From NCBI RefSeq assembly GCF_964355755.1, contig NC_092673.1, positions 13,116,948 to 13,180,947 on the forward strand: a stretch of 64,000 bases of DNA, given 5' to 3'. Below the pieces are notes generated by a model, which did not search any database, was not told the DNA's origin, and worked only from the letters and a program-made list of their open reading frames with translations. Positions 54,166-64,000 of this stretch are shown piece after piece; positions within the stretch are counted from its first letter, which is position 1; every line of letters starts with the position of its first letter. The position numbers and the translations under genes are program-made. The stretch comes from Antedon mediterranea. Lineage: Eukaryota > Animalia > Echinodermata.

Positions 54166-57100
54166 TTCCCCTGGCCCAGTATGTATCAATGCATTACTTC
54201 ATTTTCACGAAAATCAATCTGTATCCACCCCTATTGATGGACAACACGCCGGCGTGAACAAGTATATGCTTTAAAAAAAATTTCAGCAACCCCCCATCCC
54301 CCTTAATAAAATCCTGGATATACGGCCCTGTCCATGGATGATAATGGTGCACACATAAAACATATTGATAATTGAATGTTAAAACTTACGATAATGTTAT
54401 TATTTTCTATCCAAAAATTTCTGAAGACCCAGAAGGTAAATTTTTATATACAGTAATTCATTAATTCATACTATAGTTTCAAGTTTTCCATTCTTTTTTT
54501 AACTTAACTGAAGTAAATTTTAATGATTAACTGTCTTTTTATTTATAATACTGATACATATAGATAATGAATGTTGAAATTTAAGATAATGTTATTATTT
54601 TACAGACACATCAACAATGTATGTTGAAGATCCAGAAAGTACAGTAAATTCTTGTTTGTATAATAAACTAATTCCTCCATTTTGTAAAATGCTATATTTA
54701 CTTATGTCAGTATAGATGCAATTACTGAAAGGTATTTTTGAATGTTATGTACAGTAGTTCATTCTACCCAAATCCATAAATTAATAACTATGTACTGTAT
54801 TTGTTGAAGGTAGTAGTAGCAGGTAATCTTATCAATGGCCATTGTTATCTAAACAATGTTGTATTATAACTTCCACAGCAGTTGATAATGATACAATTTC
54901 TGTTTAATTTTAGAATCTGATGACAAGATTATAAAAAATAAAACACATTTTATGTTAAGGTCATTTTTTGTAAATAAAAATAATAATTCTGTCTTAATTT
55001 GATCCATAGAAAAATTAAACACAGACAAATTTTATGTTAAGGTTATTTTTGTAAAGCCTATAAACCAATTATAAAACACCACTTTAATTAAATTGAATAT
55101 CGAAACATGGCAGGCTAGGCGCTTGACCTTTGACAAGATCACCAAAATTACTATAAACTCTCTACAATAATTAATATTGTATATTCTGGAATAGCCACTC
55201 CATAATTACTTTCTTCTTTATTCTTATACGCATTTTTTAACCTTTTTTTTTTACTATAAATATTTAATTTTCTTGATTATATTGTCTACACGCAATAATA
55301 TATACATTTGACATTATTTGTAACGAAAATAAAGGAATTAAACCCACAACATTAGAATATTGCATAAATCTTACAATATTTTTGATCTTTCTATCAACTA
55401 AAGCCGAAGCTAGTCTAATATCGGGGAAATTCTAAAACTGCCATTAGATAGATGCTTCTATGAATGGATGACTGGTTAGGAGCAGGAACACTATTTGGCT
55501 AAACCCAGTACTGTGTGATTTTAAATCGTTCGGGAATTACCTTGAAACATGTCTGCAGAATGCCAAAAGGGTGAATTTAAACTAATTAAAAGTGATTAAC
55601 AGAAGAATAAAGCACAACTAATTTCATAGTTCTGTCTTAATTTGATCCATTTTAGCGATAATAGCGAAAATGATTCATCATTTAATAACTCCATAGAATC
55701 ATTAGGTAAAGTATTTTACATTTGCAAGTGCATAATTTTGTCTTAATTGGATCCATATAAAAAATAAAAATACGGACAGCAGGTGAGTGCTAAAAAAATA
55801 AGTTTTGGGCTCTTCATGTCACATGTCCACACCTTGATAGAAACCATGTATATAAAAACAATGGTGGTGTAATTATGATGATTTAAAACAACAGAGACAA
55901 ATTTTATGTTAAGGTCAATTTTGTACGCCTATAAACAAATTATAAAACATCACTTTAGTAAATAAATATAAATGAAGTAGACATGGCAGTTTGTTGCGTT
56001 TATTTAAGTATTCAGTACAATAAATATCGTGAATAAAATAAAAATACTGAAAGATGAGGGCGTATCAATTTGATCTCTGGTGCAACTGAGGACTAATGCT
56101 GTTCCGCCGACACAGTGGAATGCATATTTCCAAACCCAGGTCTGTTAGGATTCTCTGTAAAGGCATAAGGCAGCATGGAAAGAAGATGAGGGTACCCAGG
56201 CTTAAGAGGTTGAGAAAAAAATCGTGAGCGGGAATGACGTATGCCGCCAATAGTTTGACTTTTCAATTCAATTCAAACATTTCATTCAAAACATTTTCTT
56301 CCAAACATTTCGTTCAAAACATTAAATTCAAAAAATGTCATTCAAAACATTCAATTCAAAGCATTCAATTCAAAACATTTCATTCATATATATGGCGCCA
56401 TTCAATTCATATCGATGCATTTTATTCACATAAAATTCATATCATCGAAATGTTGCGTAAACTGCATTCCATAATATTCACATTTTTGGTTGAATAAAAT
56501 GGAAATGAAAAATACTTGATCTTATATAGGATAGAATAATAGGTATCCGTAAATAAATATTAACTCAAAAGGATATTTTCATAATTAATTTATTTTGAGA
56601 ATAGTGACCTATAAAAAGTGTTTACCAAAGTAGAAAAACACAATGACATTGCGCGCGCGCATTGTAACGTGCGCGCTGTTAAATCATGGTAATAAAAATG
56701 GAGTCAGCTCTCGGTATCTCTCCAATGGCCCTGGCCTGGGGCTTGGTTACGTACACCACCATGGAGTTATATTAATTGTATTAGGAATAACGATGCAAAA
56801 TTAAAAGTTGTTGTTTTTCAACCAATAAAGAAAGAATTACGAAAATCTGACTTGTAGTTTTCAAAATATAGGGTCTAAAGCATCGCCGAAAATTATCGTT
56901 TTTAGCTACGAACGTTGCAAACAAATTGTGCCCTCAGTCGACAATTGTATAAACTACGTCATTTTTCGTTAAAATAATTTCATATAATTACGTTTTATAG
57001 TACTTTATTTTATACACCAACATTGGAAACATCAATAAAATATGTTATTAAATGTTTTTAAAATATATAGAGTTGTTTATTTAACAGAATTCATACAAAT

Positions 57101-57777
57101 TCATTGCTCTAAATTTGTGTAGTAACGATCAGTACATAGATCATGTGACTTTGCGGTACACGCGAGAGAAAATATTCCGCTGTGGGTGATTCGCGTCCAC
57201 CAATCAAATAGCCAGAATCCGAAATCATTCAACCGTGAGCTCTGCCGATCGCAGGAAAGCTCAGCTTTGATTGGCTTACGATGACATCATATCACAAAAT
57301 GGTGGTTTTGTAGTTGAGCCTCTCATAATTTTCACAATTTTGTTTCAAAAATGAAATAAATGGACCTTCTTTGTGACTTTTCTCTAAAAGATTTGAATAA
57401 TAAAGGCTTCATATCGAGAAAGAGGCTCAACTACAAAAACAAGGTTCAATAGGGTAAGGTCACCAAAGATTGTATAACGCCGCGGCGGCGCAAGATAGGT
57501 AGGTGGGTGAAACGTTTGTAATCCATTCCGGCGGACAAATTTGAACCGGAATAAAGTCGTCAAGGCAATATCGGTCAAAGATTGAAGTTTTCTAATCAAG
57601 CATGTCAATGTAAACACACAGAATTAATCGGAAAGTGTCCAGATCCCAAAGAAACTTTTATTTTACTTTGTTTACATAATTTCTTCCCTTTTCCATGAAT
57701 CAATCCTCAAGATTGTTAACCACAGATACTTCGAGGCCGACCGCAAAATTTAAACCATTTACATTCAAATCACAATA

Positions 57778-58612
57778 CCGTATGTTTTGGTGTATAAGTC
57801 GCACCTGTGTATAAGACGCACCCCCTAACTGAGAGTAAAATATCGGTATTTTTTATATCGTCGATGTATAAGACGCACCTTATATTTCATCAAAACAATG
57901 TTTTTTTTCAATTGTAATCAATATTATTGTAATGTATTTTGTTATATCTACAACGGCGTCCTTTATTTAGGTTTTTTCTTACCTAGGCTCGGGCGCGCCC
58001 AGCCTCAACAAGTTGTTTCTAACTTGTTATTCATGAGTTTCGCACCCGCAACATCGAGTGCATGACCGTGTGTGTAACACGCACGTGTGTGGGCTAACCT
58101 CGCTCGATCATTTCGAGAGGGCGCACGTTTTCACGGACAATTGTATTCGATTAGTATCTATGTATCCGAGAAGTGTGTACGCTAGGTCCATGCTATAATC
58201 ACCTGGAGAATATACTATTCGAATACCGTACAACATGTGGCCGCCAAGAAGGGCTTGCGCTGGGGGTACGGCGGTCGGCGATCGTGCGTATAACTATAAA
58301 TAAATACTATTGCAATCGTAAACGTTTACAAATGAAATTTTATCGGAGCGCCTAAAACAGCTCCATAATAAACAAATCTTTTCATCATATTTAGTATAAT
58401 ATCACGCTAAAATGCCTTGGAAACTAGGCAGAAGCAGGTTGCCATTACGTTAGTACACTGTAGCTAGGCCTAGCCTACTCAGGCCTAGCCAACGAGGTAA
58501 CAATATGTACACTCTGTGTGGCGAGGCATTATGTTCGGTGTATAAGACGCACCCTTAATTTAGAGGTCAAATTTGCGTGTCAAAAGTGCGACTTATACAC
58601 CGAAATATACGG
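57778..58612. mobile_element. pogo/Tc2-type MITE
   Basis: TA flanks; TIR CCGTATGTTTTGGTGTATAAGTCGCAC vs CCGTATATTTCGGTGTATAAGTCGCAC (25/27); subterminal gtataagacgcacc repeats; no ORF. Confidence 0.9.
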
Positions 58613-58709
58613 TAATTACCTGTCCGCCCGAATGCCGTCCATAGATTTACTGGCACGTAGTATTCACTGGACCTTTCGATGGTTTTTAAGTAAACAATCT
58701 ACCATGTAT

Positions 58710-61700
58710 CAGGGCTGAAAATTAGCGGTCGCCCGGTCGCCAGTGGCGACCTTTATTTACTAAGGGCGAGTATCAGTTTAGTATAGGTCGACCCGTTTGG
58801 CGACCTCCGTAATCCGCCGTCTGACCCTGGCCTACCTTATTAATATTACAGTATTAACAGGCCTAGGCCTAGCTAGGCTAAAGTTATAATAAACCATAAT
58901 AGCCTAGACTACCGCCGACACAATGAAGTTTTGTCGGGGACGAATAATTTATGCCGGCCTGACAGGTGCTTGCATGCTTGATTGATCACACTAGCATTAA
59001 CAATAAAACATATCCGAAATTATTATTGCTTGGTTAAGTTGTTTTAACTGCTGTAGACACTGTGTGTGCGTGACATGTGAGGATGGGTGGTATGTACACT
59101 GTGCGTTACGTACGCACCACGTGAGTAGAGTTCCACTAAAAATGAAATCTAGGCGAATCAGTAACGTTCGTCGTCATACGTCAATTGATCTTGAGCTCTG
59201 ATAGGTTGGGAATTTTCACGTCCCCGGCAAAAAAAAGCTGCTTTTCGTGTCGGACGACGTTGACGGTGTGGGGTGGTGGTATCAAAGTAAATAATATAAA
59301 ATAGCGTCGCTGCTCTACACGTCACATGCGCGTAGAGAGCGGCGCTATTGAATTACAATGATTCCTTCCGGCCGGGTCGTCGGTCGTTGTATGTGCGGCA
59401 GTTGGTATCGATTTCGCTCTGCGCGTTGCAAATTCGAAGCTCGCGTTTTTTTTATTGCGCATATAGACAAAACAACGCGTTTCCATATGCGTTAATCATA
59501 AATATAATATAAAGCGTCCTTATATATATGGTCATAATAGGCCGGATGACGCAATAAACGTTTAACCTTTTCTTGCCATTTGATATCTTCGTCAAAAGTT
59601 TTAAAAAATCTCTCTTTCAAAATATTTTACATTCTTTTATTGCGAGTCATAATGTGGAAGTTTATTGCAAATTGCTCTCCGCCGCCTGAAAAAAAAACCA
59701 AAACTAAAGAAGAAACGTTGGAATCACAAAGAAAGTACGAAAAAGAAGGACGAAAGAGAAAGTTTTTGCCAGCATCGATGGAGCGGATATAGATCCAAGC
59801 GTTAAAGTAAGGAACACTTTTTATGAAGGTTCCAGTGCCTTAAAACTTGAATCCATAAAACTTCACGAATCATCGGCAACACACGCAAAAGCGAAAGCGC
59901 TCGTCAAGGCTAAAGAACAGCCACATCATACTCAAGGCCACAAAATAATTTTAGATTTGAATAAAAAAGTAGTCTATAAGCTGTCAATTTTGTTTCGTAC
60001 TTGCCATTCTCTGGCAATGCATAACAGGCCGTTTACTGACTATGAATGGCAATGCAAATTAGATAGGGCTAAAGGTTTGGACATTGGCAACACATACACA
60101 AACCATTCAACGGCAAAATTATTCGCCGATGCAATAGCCCAGGTTGAAAAACAAAAATTGTCAAATGATCTTGATACCGCAAGCTACCTGGCTATTTTGT
60201 CTGATGGGTCAACAGACTCATCAATTAAAGAACAAGAACTAATATACGTCCGTTATACAAACCAAGGGGTGGTTAATGTAAAATTTGCGGCGTGTGTACA
60301 CGTGGAAAGACCAGACGCGCCTTCCATATACGATGCAATAAAGCACACTTTTAATGAAAATCTTCAACGGCCATGGGAAATTTACAATCAGAAATTAGTG
60401 GCACTGGGGTGCGATGGAGCTGCTGTGATGACAGGCCATCGCAATGGCCTTATAGCTTTATTACAACAAGATCAACCGTCTACAGTAGCGGTTCACTGCT
60501 TCGCACACAGGTAGGTCCAGACATAAATATAAAAAAAAAAAAAAGAACTCTGGTAAAATTCCGTAGTTCAATGTTATCTACATTAGGCATATTTATACAA
60601 TTTACGGGTGCTTGTAAGTAAACACCGTTATTTTAGAAAAAGAAAAATAACGTTTAACTATACAATACAAGTCACCAATAGAATGTAGGGAATAATTATG
60701 GTCCGCCCATATTTGACATTAGCCAATAAACGGTAACTAAAGCCAACGGGTCTGGTTAGAGCATGGTTAGAGTAGCTACCCTGGGAACCAACAGCGGCGG
60801 CACCACAAAGGTTTTAGTGTACTACGGACTTGCAGTGGAGTTGTTACCATAGTAACGAAAAGGTTTTTTTTTTTCTCCTCGTGTGCGTTCATGAAACTAT
60901 TTATAGCTCCATAGCAGGCTGCGATCCATGGTTCGTTCAACCACGCATGGAGCTATTTATAGCGCAACTGTTAAAACAATGACAAGACTTATCCATACAA
61001 AAAAAATAGCCGGTTACCGTTTACATTAAATCTTATAGAGTTTTTATACCCAACAATGGAATATGGTAGATGATTGTAAATCTACAATCAAAATTCATTT
61101 GCCACTATTTAAAATTGTCATACTCTATTATTTACCTATTATTTACCAGTTTGAGCCCATGCTACAGTAGGCCTATTACTATTACCATGGATGGAGGAAT
61201 TAAATATATTCCTCCATGCTATTAGATACAATTAATTAATTTTTATACATGTTACTACCTATTGCAACTATTATTTTTTTAGACTAGAGCTGGCGTTTAA
61301 AGATTCTTCGAAGAATATTACTCTACATGAAAAAGCCGTCACCACCCTCTTGATGGGCATGTACTACTACTATTACAAGAGTACTGTTAACAGGTCGATG
61401 TTAAGGAGATCGGCTATGTCATTAAATGTAAAGTTGCGGATCCCAACTAGGATTGGTGGAACAAGATGGGTGGGACATCTTCATACAGCCCTAGAAAGTT
61501 TGTTAGTGTCATACCCAGCTATAGTTCAGCATTTGCAGCAGGTAAGCCACCATGAAATTCTTGGTGATAGTCAAGGGAAATTAATTTTGTTAACTATGGA
61601 TTCGGAAGTCAATTATTTGTTTTGGCTTGTTTTATAAGTACACTCAGTTATCATTAATTATGATTTTAATCAACAGATGACACAAACCGATGCTCGACCA

Positions 61701-63589
61701 TCAAACCAAACGCAAGTAAGTAAAGCAAAGGGGTTCTTAAAGCTGTTGTTGTCAAAAGATATCATCCTCTACTTGCATCTTCTTTTCGACGTATGCAACC
61801 AGCTAAAGAAACTATCATCTGTTTTCCAACAAAAAAGTGCAGCAGTATGTGATATTCATCGAATAATGAAAGCCACTGTCTCTGTTATTAGCAGATTTAA
61901 AACAAGGTTAGTAACTTAATTATTATAACAACATTCATTGATATCTAATCCAAATGCTGTTTGGAAGATATGCAATGCATCATTAATAATTAATATTTTA
62001 TTGTAAAAGTTATCTTCTTTTCTTTACCCCTTCCGTATAATATCAATACAATAACAGCTTAAATAACACTTTATTTCTATTTTGTAGTGAAGGCACACAT
62101 TTGCAGAAGGTTAATATAGATGTTGATGAATTTTTTAGCCATCCTCTCTCTGGCAATGATACAGCTTTCAAGTCAGCCCGTGAGACCGTAATTAATGGAC
62201 TTTTGACTGCTCTACAGGAGAGGTTTTCCGACACAAATGAAGGAATCTTCAAAGCTAGCCATATAGTAAAGTTTACTTCATGGCCACATTCTGATTCAAC
62301 TACAGAAATAAATGGTAATTCCTGTTGTTTTCTTAAAAACCACCATGATTCAGAATGATTATTATTAAAAATGTGTACTTAAAGTAAAGTATGATGAACT
62401 TTTTCTGTTAAATCTTAGTAACTAAGTTTCATTGTGCTAATTTAGAATTTGGTCATGCTGAACTCAAAATAGTTACTGATCACTATCGCAGTATCCTACA
62501 GACAGCTAAAGTATCATTAGATGAAGTTGATAGCGAGTGGACGTCACTAAAAAGTGTAATCTATGATGAGAAGTGAGTAATAACTATCATTATTTACTGA
62601 ATGCTTTATTACAACTTTAATCAAACCGACATAATAATTATTTTTTTCATACACAGTGAAGCAGCGGATATCCCAACATTGACGTGGGCAGCAGTCAACA
62701 GAAAGTATCAGGAATGCCACCAGAATTTACTTTCTGTTGTTGACTTGCTGCTCACTTTGCCTGCATCAAGTGCAGAAGTCGAGAGGAGATTTTCACAAAT
62801 GAAAATGCTGAAAACCAAACTTAGAAGCTCATTAAGCGAAAAGCGACTAAATGATCTGCTCTCCATCAAAATGTTGAGTAATAATATTGAATCATTCAAC
62901 CCAATTCCAGCCATAGAGTTATGGAATTCAATGGGTAGTAGGACAAGGCGACCAAATATCCAAGACAAGACTGCAGCAACCTCTACTGCAGGCAGAGTTG
63001 CATTGCCAGTATTAGGTATAAACAATTAAAGACAATAATTTATTGATATATTCAGGGACCTTAAATAATAATTGAATAACAATATACTTAAACTGTTGTA
63101 CAGACTGTACAGTGTTTTCATTCACTGGCCCACCAATAAGATAATGAACCTCACGAAATAATAAATCATGATCTATTCATTTTTTTCAGATGAAGTGGTT
63201 GAGCCTGATTTACAGGATGTATCATCATCATCATCATCATCAGATGATGATGAATTTGATGATGAAGAAGGTTCAGATTTTGAAGATGATGAGTTTGCCT
63301 AGCACAAACTTCAGGAAAACTGCATGAGGAATTACTAGCTGTCTATCATCAGACATCACCATAATAATAATTGATTTTGATGACAATTTACAAGTAGAAA
63401 TGATTGGAATAAAGTTACAATTTAATTTACTATGGTCTAGTAGAGTGTTATTTTCTTGAATTTTTTAGTCTGAATTGCGCAATATTACTTTTGATAAACA
63501 GGGCCAGTAAATTCTACTAAGGGCCACCATCAATTAATTCCAACTGGCCCTGCTGGCCATCTTGGTTTAAAGGTTAATATTCAGCCCTG
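58710..63589 (+). mobile_element. hAT element with 6-bp TSD (hAT6-like), full length
   Basis: TIR CAGGGCTGAAAATTAGC vs CAGGGCTGAATATTAAC (15/17); ATGTAT at 58704-58709 and 63590-63595. Confidence 0.92.
59652..63302 (+). pseudogene. hAT transposase (ZNF862-like), 7 exons, lesion in exon 1
   Basis: Predicted introns 60511-61282, 61542-61676, 61907-62087, 62315-62445, 62573-62656 and 63016-63189, all GT-AG. They join SDGSTD, CDGAAVM, HCFAHR|LELAFKD, GTRW, PASSAEVERRFS and an acidic tail. Frameshift/deletion near 59775-59790 removes the CxxC of the zinc finger. Confidence 0.85.
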
Positions 63590-64000
63590 ATGTATGGTCG
63601 TACGCGCTAGATAGTACGATATTTTAACTACTTTTTTTACATGTTTGGTTGGATGTAGCCTAGGCTAATAGAAATAACAAATATTTGATCTGATGGAATG
63701 ATATGTAAATAAACAAATACTAAAAGGAATTATGTTTACAACAGTTCAATTATTTTCAGAATAATAATACATAAAAATGATACCAATGGACAAATAATCC
63801 CATAATCGCGTCAATGACATAGCGCGCATGGTAACGTACGCGGAGAGTTGAATCGTGGCAATAACAATGGAGTCAACTCCCGAGATCTTGGTAACCCTAA
63901 TTAATTGTTTTATACCTCCATGGTTGTTACACACTAGCGTGATTGTAAGATGGTTATTTTATGGCTCTACGCCTGCTAGGCCTAGATCGGCATATTTTTC

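Overview
AT-rich eukaryotic (metazoan) DNA: GT-AG introns, tRNA-derived SINE, LINE tails, and a transposon repertoire typical of an aquatic invertebrate (taxon is my inference only). I find no host gene. The 64 kb is an almost continuous mosaic of transposon pieces: pogo, Academ (several), P, piggyBac (three), a foldback/MULE-like element, Sola1, two tyrosine-recombinase (CryptonV-like) genes, Harbinger, a Chapaev-like gene, two hATs with non-canonical 5-bp and 6-bp TSDs, CR1/L2-type LINE fragments, a SINE, a probable solo LTR and MITEs. It also holds a ~5.6-kb tandem duplication and a 627-bp near-perfect palindrome. The main signal is orientation. By my manual count about 19 of 20 independent, orientable coding insertions lie on the + strand, including DNA transposons that should insert either way. 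That is the architecture of a flamenco-like uni-strand piRNA cluster (TE trap) read from the - strand, which is a hypothesis needing small-RNA data. Family assignments come from motif recognition by eye, not database searches.
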